From Minisyncoccota bacterium (lineage in GTDB: Bacteria > Patescibacteriota > Minisyncoccia > Phycocordibacterales > UBA2100), in contig DATJXE010000003.1 in NCBI GenBank assembly GCA_035500505.1, positions 201,697-265,696 on the forward strand: 64,000 bases of DNA. Reading direction: 5' to 3'. Both the position numbers and the translations under genes were made by a program. The notes below the pieces were generated by a model. That model was not told the origin of the DNA. It worked only from the letters and a program-made list of their open reading frames with translations, and did not search any database. This document shows, piece by piece, positions 47,252-57,545 of this stretch. Position 1 is the first letter of the stretch. Each line of letters begins with the position of its first letter.

Positions 47252-47599
47252 ATGGCGACCAACACGAAACAACTCAAACGACAGCGCCGGCACAACCGCG
47301 TCCGCGCAAAGGTCTTTGGAACGAGCGAGCGCCCGCGCCTTTCGGTGTACAAATCCAACACGAAGCTCGTCGCGCAAATAATCAACGACGACGAGATGAA
47401 GACGATAGTCGCCGTTTCTTCTGCCGCGCAAAAGGGGAAGACGCCGCGCGAGCGGGCCGAAGCTGCCGCATCCGCGCTCGCTTCGAGTGCCAAGGAAAAA
47501 GGCATTTCCAAGGTCGTGTTCGATCGCGGCGGATTCCAGTACCTCGGGACCATCAAGGCTTTCGCCGACGCGGCACGTGCGGCGGGACTCGAATTTTAA
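47252..47599 (+). CDS. rplR: 50S ribosomal protein L18
   Basis: RPRLSVYKSN, VVFDRGG, ARAAGLEF. Confidence 0.97.
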   Translation: MATNTKQLKRQRRHNRVRAKVFGTSERPRLSVYKSNTKLVAQIINDDEMKTIVAVSSAAQKGKTPRERAEAAASALASSAKEKGISKVVFDRGGFQYLGTIKAFADAARAAGLEF

Positions 47600-47615
47600 T
47601 TTCTAACTAGTACGT

Positions 47616-48230
47616 ATGGCAGACGAGATCATAAAAGAAGAGGGAACAGTTGAAGCGCAAACACCAGTCGTCGTTGACGCGGAGGCTCCTCGCGCATCGG
47701 AGCGCCGCGCAGTGCCTGCAAGAGGCGAGCGTCCGCAACGGGGCGACCGACGTCCGCGCGGAGACCGCCGTGGCGGTCCTCGGGATGGCGCGCGCAGCGA
47801 ATTCGCACAAAAACTCATCGGCATTCGCCGCGTCGCCCGCGTCATGGCCGGCGGCAGACGTTTCAATTTTTCCGCCGCGATCGTCATCGGCGACAAAAAA
47901 GGCCGCGTCGGCGTCGGACTCGGTAAGGCTGCCGACACGCAGCTTGCGATAGAAAAGGCGACCCGCGCCGCCAAAAAGGCGATGATATCCCTCAACCTCA
48001 CCAAGAGCCGTTCGATCCCGCAGGATGTCGAGGCGAAATACTGCGCTTCCGAGGTCATCATCCGCCCTTCTCCGGGCCGCGGACTCGTCGCGGGTTCTTC
48101 GGTGCGCACCGTGCTGGAGCTTGCCGGCGTCACCGACGTCACGGGGAAACTTCTCTCGCGCAGCCACAACCAGGTCAACAATGCGCGCGCCGCGATCGAA
48201 GCATTACGACAAGTAACGATTTCCAAGTAA
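47616..48230 (+). CDS. rpsE: 30S ribosomal protein S5
   Basis: RRVARVMAGGRRFNF, GRVGVGLGKA, VLELAGVTD. Confidence 0.97.
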   Translation: MADEIIKEEGTVEAQTPVVVDAEAPRASERRAVPARGERPQRGDRRPRGDRRGGPRDGARSEFAQKLIGIRRVARVMAGGRRFNFSAAIVIGDKKGRVGVGLGKAADTQLAIEKATRAAKKAMISLNLTKSRSIPQDVEAKYCASEVIIRPSPGRGLVAGSSVRTVLELAGVTDVTGKLLSRSHNQVNNARAAIEALRQVTISK

Positions 48231-48251
48231 CGATCTTCAGGCAGAATCCGT

Positions 48252-48704
48252 ATGGCAACCCTCAACCAACTCAAACGACCCGCAGGCATCAAGCGCCCGT
48301 ACCGCCGCGTCGGGCGCGGACAGTCCTCGACGCGCGGCAAGCAATCGGGCCGCGGTGGCAAGGGGCAGACCGCGCGCGCGGGCCACAAAATTCGCCCCGC
48401 GCTCCGCGATATCATCAAGAAGATCCCCAAGCGCCGCGGCTACGGTAAGAACCGCGGTCGCACGCACGTGCCGCGCCCTACCCCCATCGTCATCTCGCTC
48501 GACCGTCTGGAGAAACTCTTTGAGAACGGCGCGCAGGTCACGCGCAAATCGCTTGTCGAAAAGGGCGCGCTTTCTTCGCGGGGCAGCGTTCGCGTAAAAG
48601 TGGTTGGACAAGGATCGCTCAGCAAAAAACTTTCTCTCGTTGGTGTTGGCGCGTCGGCTTCGGCTAAGACCGCGATAGAGAAGGCCGGCGGTTCCATCGT
48701 CTAG
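48252..48704 (+). CDS. rplO: 50S ribosomal protein L15
   Basis: RVGRG...GKQSGRGGKGQTARAG, IEKAGG. Confidence 0.96.
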   Translation: MATLNQLKRPAGIKRPYRRVGRGQSSTRGKQSGRGGKGQTARAGHKIRPALRDIIKKIPKRRGYGKNRGRTHVPRPTPIVISLDRLEKLFENGAQVTRKSLVEKGALSSRGSVRVKVVGQGSLSKKLSLVGVGASASAKTAIEKAGGSIV

Positions 48705-48705
48705 T

Positions 48706-49980
48706 ATGTGGGAAGCCTTCGTTCAAAAACTCCGGGTCGTCGTCGAAGACGCGACGTTGCGCAACCGCATCCTGTTCGTCCTGGGTGCGCTCATCGTTTT
48801 CCGCCTGCTTGCCGCGATCCCCACTCCCGGCGTCAACGCGGTTGAGCTACAGAATTTTCTCGCCAACAACCAATTCTTCGGCCTTTTGAACGTCTTTTCC
48901 GGCGGCGGCTTCTCGACGCTCTCCATCGTGATGCTCGGCGTCGGCCCCTTCATCACCGCCTCCATCGTCATGCAGCTCATGACGGTCCTCATTCCGAAGT
49001 TGAAGGAAATGTACCAAGAGGAGGGCGACGCGGGCCGCATGCGCTTCACGCAGTACTCGCGCTACCTCACCGTGCCGCTCGCGCTCATCCAGGCGTTCGG
49101 ATTCGTTCTGCTATTGCAGCAGAACGGCATTGTGCCGGCGCTTACCCCGTTGCAGCTTCTCACCAACATGCTGGTCGTTTCTGCGGGTTCGATACTCCTC
49201 ATGTGGATCGGCGAACTCATTTCCGAATTCGGCGTGGGGAACGGCGTCTCGCTCATCATCTTCGCGGGCATCGTCGCGCGTATCCCGCGCGGACTCTCCC
49301 AACTCGCGTTCTCCTTTGAAGCCTCGCAGATCCCCGGTATCGTCGGGCTTGTCGCTGCGGCGCTCGTCATTACTGCGGGAGTTGTCTTTATCACCGAGGC
49401 CGAACGACCGATCCCTGTCACCTACGCCCGCCGCGTGCGCGGCATGAAGGTGATGGGCGGCGTGTCCACGTACCTGCCGCTTCGGGTGAACCAAGCCGGC
49501 GTCATCCCGATAGTCTTCGCACTCTCCATATTGCTGTTCCCGCAGATGATAGCGACGTTCCTTACGCACTCTTCTATCGGCTGGCTCCAATCCGGCGCGC
49601 AGAACGTCGTGAACGCGCTCGCCAATCAATGGGTCTACGGCTCGCTCTACTTCCTGCTCGTCGTGATTTTCACCTACTTCTACACCGCCATCACGTTCGA
49701 ACCGCATCAGGTGGCAAAGAACCTGCAGAAAAACGGCGCGTTCATCCCCGGGGTGCGCCCGGGCGGCACGACCGCAGAATACCTCGGCAACATCATCACC
49801 CGCATCACGCTGGTCGGCGCGCTTTTCTTGGGCGTACTCGCGGTCTTGCCGCTCATCGTTGAAGGTGTGACCGGCGTCACCGCGATCACCATCGGCGGTA
49901 CCGCGCTCCTCATCGTCGTCTCCGTCGTTCTCGATGTGGTCAAGAAAATTGACGCGCAGACCTCGATACGCGAATATTGA
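48706..49980 (+). CDS. secY: Preprotein translocase subunit SecY
   Basis: LGVGPFITASI, GNGVSLIIF, AGVIPIVFA, FIPGVRPG, GGTALLIVV. Confidence 0.98.
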   Translation: MWEAFVQKLRVVVEDATLRNRILFVLGALIVFRLLAAIPTPGVNAVELQNFLANNQFFGLLNVFSGGGFSTLSIVMLGVGPFITASIVMQLMTVLIPKLKEMYQEEGDAGRMRFTQYSRYLTVPLALIQAFGFVLLLQQNGIVPALTPLQLLTNMLVVSAGSILLMWIGELISEFGVGNGVSLIIFAGIVARIPRGLSQLAFSFEASQIPGIVGLVAAALVITAGVVFITEAERPIPVTYARRVRGMKVMGGVSTYLPLRVNQAGVIPIVFALSILLFPQMIATFLTHSSIGWLQSGAQNVVNALANQWVYGSLYFLLVVIFTYFYTAITFEPHQVAKNLQKNGAFIPGVRPGGTTAEYLGNIITRITLVGALFLGVLAVLPLIVEGVTGVTAITIGGTALLIVVSVVLDVVKKIDAQTSIREY

Positions 49981-49985
49981 GCGCA

Positions 49986-50573
49986 ATGAACGCGCTTGAA
50001 AAACAGGTGGTCGTCATCGCCGGTCCGGCGGGAAGTGGCAAGGATTCCATCGCGCGAGAACTCGTAAAGCGTTTTTCCAACGTAACGCTTATGGTTACCG
50101 CGACGACCCGCGAGATCCGGCCCGGAGAGAAAGGAGGCATCAACTACCACTTCCTCACGAATGAGCAGTTCAAAAAAGAACTTGAGGTCGGAAATATCCT
50201 CGAGCATTACCACCGGATGGACACCGACACTTACTACGGGACATATAAACCCGATATCGAACGCAGGCTCAAAGAGGGAAAAGTCGTGCTTGCGGTCGTG
50301 CAGATAGTCGGCGCGAAATATTTGAAAGAGCACTACAACGCGACCACGATATTCATCATGCCGCCTTCGCTCGACGCCTTCGAGCGGCGCGTGCGCGAAC
50401 GCTCGCCGATGAGCGACGTAGAGTGGCAGGAACGTGTGAAATTCACGCAGAACGAAGTTGCAAACGAGGCTCCGTGGTATGACTACCGGATCTCCAACGA
50501 AGATGGGAAATTGGAATCCGCCGTTGGGGAAGTCGTTGGAATTCTGAAGAAAGAGGGCTACAATCTCGGATGA
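49986..50573 (+). CDS. gmk: Guanylate kinase
   Basis: GPAGSGKDS, TTREIRPGEKGGINYHF, YYGT, IFIMPPS. Confidence 0.9.
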   Translation: MNALEKQVVVIAGPAGSGKDSIARELVKRFSNVTLMVTATTREIRPGEKGGINYHFLTNEQFKKELEVGNILEHYHRMDTDTYYGTYKPDIERRLKEGKVVLAVVQIVGAKYLKEHYNATTIFIMPPSLDAFERRVRERSPMSDVEWQERVKFTQNEVANEAPWYDYRISNEDGKLESAVGEVVGILKKEGYNLG

Positions 50574-51160
50574 TGGAACCCGTCACCGTACTATTTTTCG
50601 GCTCGCAGGGCGCGGGCAAGGGCACGCAGGTGAAGATGCTCATGGAATTCCTGCGCGCGAAATCGAATCGCGGCATCATCCATATCGACATGGGGCAAGA
50701 ATTGCGGAATCTGCGCGATACCGGTTCGTACGCGGGGAAGCTCACCGGGCAAGTCATAGACGCAGGCGAACGCATGCCCGATTTCATGCCCATCTACCTG
50801 CAGTCGAAAAAGATCGTCGATAATCTTACGGGCAGTGAACACATCATCGCGGATGGTCTTGCGCGTGGTCCCGACCAAACCCGGTGTTTCGACGACATGA
50901 TGACCTTTCTGAAGCGAGATAATTTCCAGATAATCGACCTCGTCATCAACGACGACACCGCGGTGAAGCGGTTGCTCGCGCGCGGCCGCAACGACGACAC
51001 CGAAGAAGCCATTCGCAGGCGCCTCGCCTGGACGAAGACGGAAGTGTTGCCGCAGCTCGAACTTCTAAAGAGCCGTGGACGCACCATTCACACGATCGAC
51101 GGCGAACCGGACACGGAAACCATCCATAAGAGCATCCTCTCCGCGCTCAAACTCGCATGA
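50570..51160 (+). CDS. adk: Adenylate kinase family (short LID)
   Basis: GSQGAGKGTQ, HIDMGQELR, DGLAR, RGRNDDTEEAIRRRL; position before map. Confidence 0.85.
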   Translation: MMEPVTVLFFGSQGAGKGTQVKMLMEFLRAKSNRGIIHIDMGQELRNLRDTGSYAGKLTGQVIDAGERMPDFMPIYLQSKKIVDNLTGSEHIIADGLARGPDQTRCFDDMMTFLKRDNFQIIDLVINDDTAVKRLLARGRNDDTEEAIRRRLAWTKTEVLPQLELLKSRGRTIHTIDGEPDTETIHKSILSALKLA

Positions 51161-51927
51161 TAGCCAAAACGAAAGAGGAGCGGGAAATTTTACGTGAGGG
51201 CGGAAGACGCTTGGCCAAGCACGTGAGAGCGCTCGCGGAACTCGCGGTGCCGGGAATAACGGCGCGGGCGCTCGAAGAGCGCGCGAGAGAGATGGTCGAA
51301 AAGGACGGCGATAAGCCGGCCTTTTTGGGCCACAAGGACAAGCGCGACAAAGTGGGGTATCCCTCGGCCCTATGCCTTTCCGTCAACGACATCATCGTGC
51401 ATTCGCCAGCCGTGCAGAACAGCGCAACGCTCCAAGAGGGAGATGTGGTGTGCCTCGACTTCGGGATCTGGCACAAAGGGCTGTGCACCGACCACGCGGT
51501 CACCGTCATCGTCGGCCGCTCGAAGAGCAAGGAGGATGAAAAATTGTTGAAGGGCACGCAAGAAGCGCTCACTGCGGGCATCGCACAAGCGAAAATCGGC
51601 AACACGACCGGCGATATCGGCTATGCGGTCGAAGAGATCGCCGACAAGTACGGTTTCGGCTATCCGCGCAATCTTTCGGGTCATGGCGTCGGCAAGGAGG
51701 TGCACGAAGAACCGCACATCCCGAATTTCGGAAAGCCGGGCGAAGGGGCTCCGTTGGTCGAGAACATGGTCATCGCCATCGAGCCCATGATGACGCTCGG
51801 AAGCGGAGACCTTTTCGTCGACAAAGATGGCTTTTCGTATCGCACCAAGGATGGTAGCAACACCGCGCATTTCGAACATACGGTACTCATCACGAAAAAG
51901 GGGCCGGAAATTTTGACCCGGGAATAG
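51157..51927 (+). CDS. map: Methionine aminopeptidase type I
   Basis: CLSVNDIIVH, DFG...TDHA, GHGVG..VHEEP, AIEPM, AHFEHT. Confidence 0.96.
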   Translation: MIAKTKEEREILREGGRRLAKHVRALAELAVPGITARALEERAREMVEKDGDKPAFLGHKDKRDKVGYPSALCLSVNDIIVHSPAVQNSATLQEGDVVCLDFGIWHKGLCTDHAVTVIVGRSKSKEDEKLLKGTQEALTAGIAQAKIGNTTGDIGYAVEEIADKYGFGYPRNLSGHGVGKEVHEEPHIPNFGKPGEGAPLVENMVIAIEPMMTLGSGDLFVDKDGFSYRTKDGSNTAHFEHTVLITKKGPEILTRE

Positions 51928-51928
51928 T

Positions 51929-52375
51929 ATGGAACGCGAGCCGATCCAGAAAGAATTTGGGGAGGCGAAACGTCGGCTCAACTTTATAGAGATACGGAAA
52001 TTCGGGCAAAGCACAAAAGAGCAAGGGGCTTTGAAAGAGGTAGTAGGGCACGTAACTGTCGAGGAGCAAACCTATCCGGTCCCACATTATAAAGTGCCGA
52101 GACTCGACGTTTACAAGCGCGAGAATCAGGGGAAGGGATTCGCGTCGCAGCTGCTTTCGGAGGTAGAAGACTTGAGTCGCACTTCCAAATTGCCAGTTGT
52201 CCTGGAGGATGGAATTGTGGAGCAAGACAATCCAGAAGCAGCCGGTATGTACGCACGACGGAAGGGGTGGATCGAGGTGAAAAGTCGAAGAGGCTCGGAT
52301 ATTAGGCATTACATTTTTGGTAATGAGGATGACGAGAACGTACAAAAACTGCTCGATTACTTTTTTTGGAAGTAA
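51929..52375 (+). CDS. GNAT-like acetyltransferase
   Basis: QGKGFASQLL acetyl-CoA motif, MYARRKGW. Confidence 0.65.
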   Translation: MEREPIQKEFGEAKRRLNFIEIRKFGQSTKEQGALKEVVGHVTVEEQTYPVPHYKVPRLDVYKRENQGKGFASQLLSEVEDLSRTSKLPVVLEDGIVEQDNPEAAGMYARRKGWIEVKSRRGSDIRHYIFGNEDDENVQKLLDYFFWK

Positions 52376-52376
52376 A

Positions 52377-53696
52377 ATGATGGATATGGATAAGAGCCCG
52401 ATGCATGTTCTTCTTATCGGCAGTGGCGGAAGGGAACACGCGCTCGCATGGAAACTGAAGCAGTCACCCCGCATCGGGAAGCTGTACATCGCCCCCGGAA
52501 ACGGCGGCACGGAACGTCTGGGCGAGAACGTGCCCATCGTAGCGACAGACATCGAGAAACTCGCCGCATTCGCCAGTGAGAAGAAAATCGCGCTCACGAT
52601 AGTCGGGCCGGATGATCCGCTCGCTCTCGGCGTCGTCGATCTTTTCCGCGCGCGGAAACTGCGCATTTTTGGCCCTACGAAAGCGGCAGCGCGCATTGAG
52701 AGTTCCAAATCGTTCGCCAAGAAGTTGATGCAGGACGCAAAGATCCCGACCGCGCAGTTCAAGGCATTCGATTCTCACACGACCGCACTTGCCTATGTGC
52801 ACGCGCACGGCGTGCCTGTCGTCATAAAGGCAAGCGGGCTTTCGTTGGGTAAAGGGGTCTACATTTGCAAGACGATGGAAGAGGCCGAATCCTCACTCAA
52901 AGCCGTCATGGTGGACATGGTGCATGGCGAGGCAGGAAGAGAAGTCGTCATCGAGGATTTTCTTGAAGGGCCGGAAGTTTCCGTGCACGTGCTTTCGGAT
53001 GCCTTGAATCAGCTCGTATTTCCTTCATCGCAAGACCACAAGCCGGCGCTCGACGGCGATGAGGGAAACATGACCGGCGGCATGGGGACGATAGCGCCGG
53101 TCCCTTTCGTTTCGACGGAACTCATGGGGACGATAGAGCGCTCGGTCGTCCGCCCTGCGCTCGACGCGATGCTCAAGAGCGGCGCGCAGTTCGAAGGGCT
53201 CTTGTATCCCGGGCTCAAGATAACCAACGACGGCCCGAAGGTCTTGGAATTCAACGCGCGTTTCGGCGACCCGGAAACGCAAGTCTACATGCGGCTTTTG
53301 AAAAGCGATCTACTCGACCTTTTGGAAGCGTGCGTCGACCACACGCTCGGCAACTTACTTTCCAAAGTGGAGTGGGTGAGGGGATTCGCTGCCAACATCG
53401 TGCTCGCTTCCGGAGGGTATCCGGATTCGTATAAAAAAGGATTTCCCATCACCGGCATCGACGAGGCTGAAGCGATGGAGGGCATTGTCGTCTTCCACGC
53501 TGGCACTGCATTCAAAGACGGCAGTCTCGTCACGAACGGCGGGCGCGTACTCGGCGTTTCCGCCCTCGGTGGCACCCCAAAGGACGCTATCGACAAGGCA
53601 TATGCCGCCGTGCAGAAAATCCACTTCGAAGGCATGCACTACCGCAAAGACATCGGCGCCAAAGCGGCGAGCTTCTACGACTCGGTGCGGATATAG
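52377..53696 (+). CDS. purD: Phosphoribosylamine--glycine ligase
   Basis: GSGGREHALAW, APGNGG, IESSKSFAK, QDHK...TGGMG, EFNARFGDPETQ, VFHAGT, TNGGRVL. Confidence 0.96.
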   Translation: MMDMDKSPMHVLLIGSGGREHALAWKLKQSPRIGKLYIAPGNGGTERLGENVPIVATDIEKLAAFASEKKIALTIVGPDDPLALGVVDLFRARKLRIFGPTKAAARIESSKSFAKKLMQDAKIPTAQFKAFDSHTTALAYVHAHGVPVVIKASGLSLGKGVYICKTMEEAESSLKAVMVDMVHGEAGREVVIEDFLEGPEVSVHVLSDALNQLVFPSSQDHKPALDGDEGNMTGGMGTIAPVPFVSTELMGTIERSVVRPALDAMLKSGAQFEGLLYPGLKITNDGPKVLEFNARFGDPETQVYMRLLKSDLLDLLEACVDHTLGNLLSKVEWVRGFAANIVLASGGYPDSYKKGFPITGIDEAEAMEGIVVFHAGTAFKDGSLVTNGGRVLGVSALGGTPKDAIDKAYAAVQKIHFEGMHYRKDIGAKAASFYDSVRI

Positions 53697-53705
53697 TCTT
53701 TAGGG

Positions 53706-54212
53706 TTATCGAACCACTTTGTAGTGAAGTTGGATTTCATTCGGTGAGAATTGCTTAGTTCCGAGCAGTTCGAGCTTGGTCTCAAAGTCACCATTCTTGA
53801 GTAGTTGTATACCGCTCCCCAGTATCGTTGGTTCCACATCCAGATATATTTCCCCTATAAGACCTTGGGACAGGAAAGCGGCGTTAACAAAACCTCCTCC
53901 TGCAACGATTATCTCGTCATTGCCTTCCAGAATCTTTAGAGCCTCTGAGGGAGAATGTGCGACAACATGATTTTTATTCAACATAGGAATGTCCGAGTGT
54001 GACAACACAACAATTTTTACATCTTTTAATTCTGAAAATTCTGGTTGTGTAGTTAAAATGCCGTAGGTTCGGTGTCCGATAATCATGTTTCTCGCTTTTT
54101 GAACAGCCGCACTGTAGCTATTCCACTCTTCTTTCGAGACCCAACTCGTATCGTCGTTTTCTTTCGCAATGTAGCCGTTCGCGGTCATCGCCATGTACAA
54201 AATTACCTTCAT
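53706..54212 (-). CDS. Dihydrofolate reductase / RibD C-terminal domain protein
   Basis: MAMTANGYIA, IGHRTY, VAGGG, PTILGSGI; visibly AT-richer than its neighbours. Confidence 0.85.
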   Translation of the reverse strand: MKVILYMAMTANGYIAKENDDTSWVSKEEWNSYSAAVQKARNMIIGHRTYGILTTQPEFSELKDVKIVVLSHSDIPMLNKNHVVAHSPSEALKILEGNDEIIVAGGGFVNAAFLSQGLIGEIYLDVEPTILGSGIQLLKNGDFETKLELLGTKQFSPNEIQLHYKVVR

Positions 54213-54264
54213 ACAAAGCATAGTATCTCGTTCGGAGTTGAATCTAAAGTGATATACTTTCCCC

Positions 54265-57072
54265 ATGCCTCCGTCCACGATGGAGCGGCAGCGCGCGGCC
54301 GCTTTGGAGAAATTCAAGTCCCCAGAGGAGGAATTGCAGTATTTGCGCGAAAAAGTGGCTGAAAAGGAGCGCGAATTGGAAGCGGCACCCAATCGTTTTG
54401 AAAAAGACAGGATAGCCAAGCGGGAAATAGCAGAATACGCGGACACGCCGGCGACGACCATTTTGCATGAGGCGGTCGTCATGCCCGAGCACGAGATCTT
54501 GCGCAACGTTCTCCATCTCGAACCCGAAGCACACGACGGGCAGATTGACGGGTTGCTACAGATCGTGCAGGAAAAAGGCATCCGTAACGCGCTTTCCGTC
54601 GTCGCGCGGATGAAGAATCCTCATCTTGAAGATGATCTCCATCGCGTGCTCGTGCGATATCTCGCCGAAGGATTGCCGGACAAGGGTTTTGGGATACCGG
54701 AGAAAGTGAAGCGCGCGCTCCATCTCGCGCTTTTTGAAATAGAACCACAGGCGCACGGCGAGGGGACCAAAGAAGAAGCCCGCCAACAGAAATTAGAGTT
54801 GCTGCTCTCGTCGTCGGAGCAGCTGTACGCCGGGCTCATGTCGCTCATCGCGGAAGACGAGGGATTTTCGCTCGAGATAGCGGTGCCGGAGGGCAGCGAA
54901 GAGGCGACGCTCTACCTCGCAGTGCCGGGAGAGAAAAAAACGCTCGCAGAGCGGCTGATATCGTCGGTCTTCCCAAACGCGCGCATCAGCGAGCAGCGCG
55001 GCGACTACAACATCTTTAATTACGAAGGCGCTCACGCGGCCGCATACGCAACACTTGCCGAGCACCCCGCCTATCCGCTGAAAACGCCGGATCTGTTCGA
55101 ACACGACCCGATGAACGTGCTCCTTGCCGCGTTCGCCAAGATCGCCAAGCATGGCGAGGGCGCCGCAGCGCAGATAGTCGTCGGTACCGAAGGCGACCGC
55201 TACAACCGTCACTACAAGAAGATGGTCGAGGAGCTCGGCAAGGGCAAGACGCTCCACGAGGCACTCAGCGTTGCGGAAACAACGCTCGGGCAAGTGACGC
55301 ACGAAACATTCAAGTCGATCTTTTTGCCAAAATCACAGGAAGAGAAAGAAAAAGAAATGCGCCGTAGTGCGGACCAGGTCGCATCTGAAGAGATCGGGCG
55401 AAAGATAAAATCACGCATCGCGCCAACGGTGGTACGCCTTGTCGCATCTGCGCCGACGAAACAGCGCGCGGACGATATTCTCTCAAACCTTATCGCCCCC
55501 TTCAGCCAGTATGACGACCCCAAAGGTAACCGCCTTGTTTTCAAGAAAGTCGGCAGCTGGAGCCTTGCACAGTTCTTGCGGGAGTTCACCTATCGGGAAT
55601 TCGAGGCATCCTACGCGATGCCGCTCTCGCTCGGAGAGATCACTTCAATGTTCCACTTCACCGCCGAACGCGTAACGACCTCGCGTGAGCTCAAGCGCAG
55701 CTTCGCCAAACAGGCTCCGGCGCCCGTCGAGATGTCGCAAGAAGGCATCACGATAGGGGTGAATCGTTACGGCGCGACCGAAACCAGCGTGAAATTCGCG
55801 CCCCAAGACAGGCTTCGCCACGCGTACGTCATCGGTCAGACCGGCACCGGCAAGACGGGGCTCATAAAGAACATGATATTGCAGGATATAAAAAACGGCG
55901 ACGGCGTCGCGTTCATCGATCCGCACGGCAACGACATCGAAGATGTGCTCGCGAGCATTCCGCCCGAGCGCGCGGGCGATGTCATCTACTTCGACCCTGC
56001 CTACACCGCACGGCCGATGGGGCTCAACATGCTTGAGTACGACAGGAATCGTCCCGAGATGAAAACGTTCGTCGTGGACGAAGTGTACGGCATCTTTCGC
56101 AAACTTTACGCGGACGTGCCGGAAGCGTTCGGTCCCATGTTCGAGCAGTACTACCGCAATGCGGTGCAGCTCGTCGTCGAGGATCCCGATTCAGGCTCGA
56201 CGTTCGTCGAGATCCCTCGCGTATTCGCCGACCCGCAGTTCCGCAATTTGAAACTTTCGCGCTGCAACAACCCCATCATCGTGCAATTCTGGCGCAAGAT
56301 CGCGGAGCAAGCGCAAGGCGACCCATCGCTTGAGAACGTCGCGCCTTACATCACGAGCAAGTTCGACGTTTTCCTCACCAACGACATCATGCGGCCCATC
56401 ATCGCGCAGGAGCATTCCGCGTTCAATTTCCGCGAGATCCTCGACAAGAAAAAGATATTCCTCGCCAACCTTTCCAAAGGCCGCCTCGGCGACCGCAATA
56501 CGGCGCTCCTCGGGCTCGTCTTGGTCTCGAAATTCCTGCAAGCCGCATTCTCTCGTGTCGATACACGCGGCGAACTCCCGACGTTCTACCTCTACATCGA
56601 CGAATTCCAGAACTTCGCCACGCCTTCGATCGCGACGATCCTTTCGGAAGCTCGAAAATACAAGTTGTCGCTCACGGTCGCGCACCAGTTCATCGCGCAG
56701 CTCGAGGAGAACATCCGCGACGCGGTCATCGGCAACGTTGGTACGAAAATAGCGATGCGTATCGGCACGAGTGACGCGGAATTTCTCGAAAAGCAGTTCG
56801 CACCGACCTTCAACGCGCAGGACCTTGAGAATCTGCCCAACAGGACCGGTGTCGCGGCAATGCTCGTCAACGGCGCGCCGGCGCGCCCGTTCACCATCCA
56901 GACGGTCACTCTGCCGCAGTTCGATTATTCGTGCGTAGACGCTCTGAAGCAGCTCTCCTACACCACTTATGGCAAGCCGCGCGAAGAAATAGAAGAGGAA
57001 GTCCGGCGCAAGTTCGCCATGCCCTCGCGCCCGGCCACCGCTCAAAATTTGGACTCGGCTCAGCCACAATGA
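54265..57072 (+). CDS. VirD4/TraG/TrwB-like coupling ATPase
   Basis: DRLRHAYVIGQTGTGKT Walker A, FIDPHG, LYIDEFQNF Walker B, SEARKY, AHQFIAQL. Confidence 0.88.
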   Translation: MPPSTMERQRAAALEKFKSPEEELQYLREKVAEKERELEAAPNRFEKDRIAKREIAEYADTPATTILHEAVVMPEHEILRNVLHLEPEAHDGQIDGLLQIVQEKGIRNALSVVARMKNPHLEDDLHRVLVRYLAEGLPDKGFGIPEKVKRALHLALFEIEPQAHGEGTKEEARQQKLELLLSSSEQLYAGLMSLIAEDEGFSLEIAVPEGSEEATLYLAVPGEKKTLAERLISSVFPNARISEQRGDYNIFNYEGAHAAAYATLAEHPAYPLKTPDLFEHDPMNVLLAAFAKIAKHGEGAAAQIVVGTEGDRYNRHYKKMVEELGKGKTLHEALSVAETTLGQVTHETFKSIFLPKSQEEKEKEMRRSADQVASEEIGRKIKSRIAPTVVRLVASAPTKQRADDILSNLIAPFSQYDDPKGNRLVFKKVGSWSLAQFLREFTYREFEASYAMPLSLGEITSMFHFTAERVTTSRELKRSFAKQAPAPVEMSQEGITIGVNRYGATETSVKFAPQDRLRHAYVIGQTGTGKTGLIKNMILQDIKNGDGVAFIDPHGNDIEDVLASIPPERAGDVIYFDPAYTARPMGLNMLEYDRNRPEMKTFVVDEVYGIFRKLYADVPEAFGPMFEQYYRNAVQLVVEDPDSGSTFVEIPRVFADPQFRNLKLSRCNNPIIVQFWRKIAEQAQGDPSLENVAPYITSKFDVFLTNDIMRPIIAQEHSAFNFREILDKKKIFLANLSKGRLGDRNTALLGLVLVSKFLQAAFSRVDTRGELPTFYLYIDEFQNFATPSIATILSEARKYKLSLTVAHQFIAQLEENIRDAVIGNVGTKIAMRIGTSDAEFLEKQFAPTFNAQDLENLPNRTGVAAMLVNGAPARPFTIQTVTLPQFDYSCVDALKQLSYTTYGKPREEIEEEVRRKFAMPSRPATAQNLDSAQPQ

Positions 57073-57524
57073 CTATGAAATGGGGTCGGGCAGTTTGGAT
57101 GGCGCTTTTGACCATAGTTCTGATGGCCCTTACTCCGGTCGTTGTAGGCTCACTTAGTTCGCGACCTGGCCCTGCATTGGAATTCATTCTTTCTCTGGCT
57201 ATCGCCGGAGTAGTACTTCCGCTCATATTCGCCTGGTGTTACTTCAAAATCACCGATGTCGTTCCGACACTAACGCATGGAATTTATCTTGGATTGTTGA
57301 TATTTCTCATACCATTAATTTTGATATTGGTAGGGTGGACCCTCTTCCCGATCGCGCTCGGCGCTCCACCGATCATTGGTGTCGCATTCGTTGTCGGTAT
57401 CATTACGGGGGGAGACAGCGTACTCCAAATGACAATACTCATTGCAGCGGCTCCTTATTTTTTAGGGCTACTTGTGGCGGCTCTCACGGGTTTCAGTATG
57501 GGCAGAAAACGCGGCCGTAATTGA
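57069..57524 (+). CDS. Hypothetical membrane protein
   Basis: Several TM helices; start overlaps the previous stop. Confidence 0.65.
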   Translation: MTMKWGRAVWMALLTIVLMALTPVVVGSLSSRPGPALEFILSLAIAGVVLPLIFAWCYFKITDVVPTLTHGIYLGLLIFLIPLILILVGWTLFPIALGAPPIIGVAFVVGIITGGDSVLQMTILIAAAPYFLGLLVAALTGFSMGRKRGRN

Positions 57525-57545
57525 GTTTGTGTTATAGTTCCAAAA

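Noticed and set aside
48230-48252. Missing rpmD (L30) as a novelty
   Set aside because: Known general feature of CPR ribosomes; used only as a taxonomic clue
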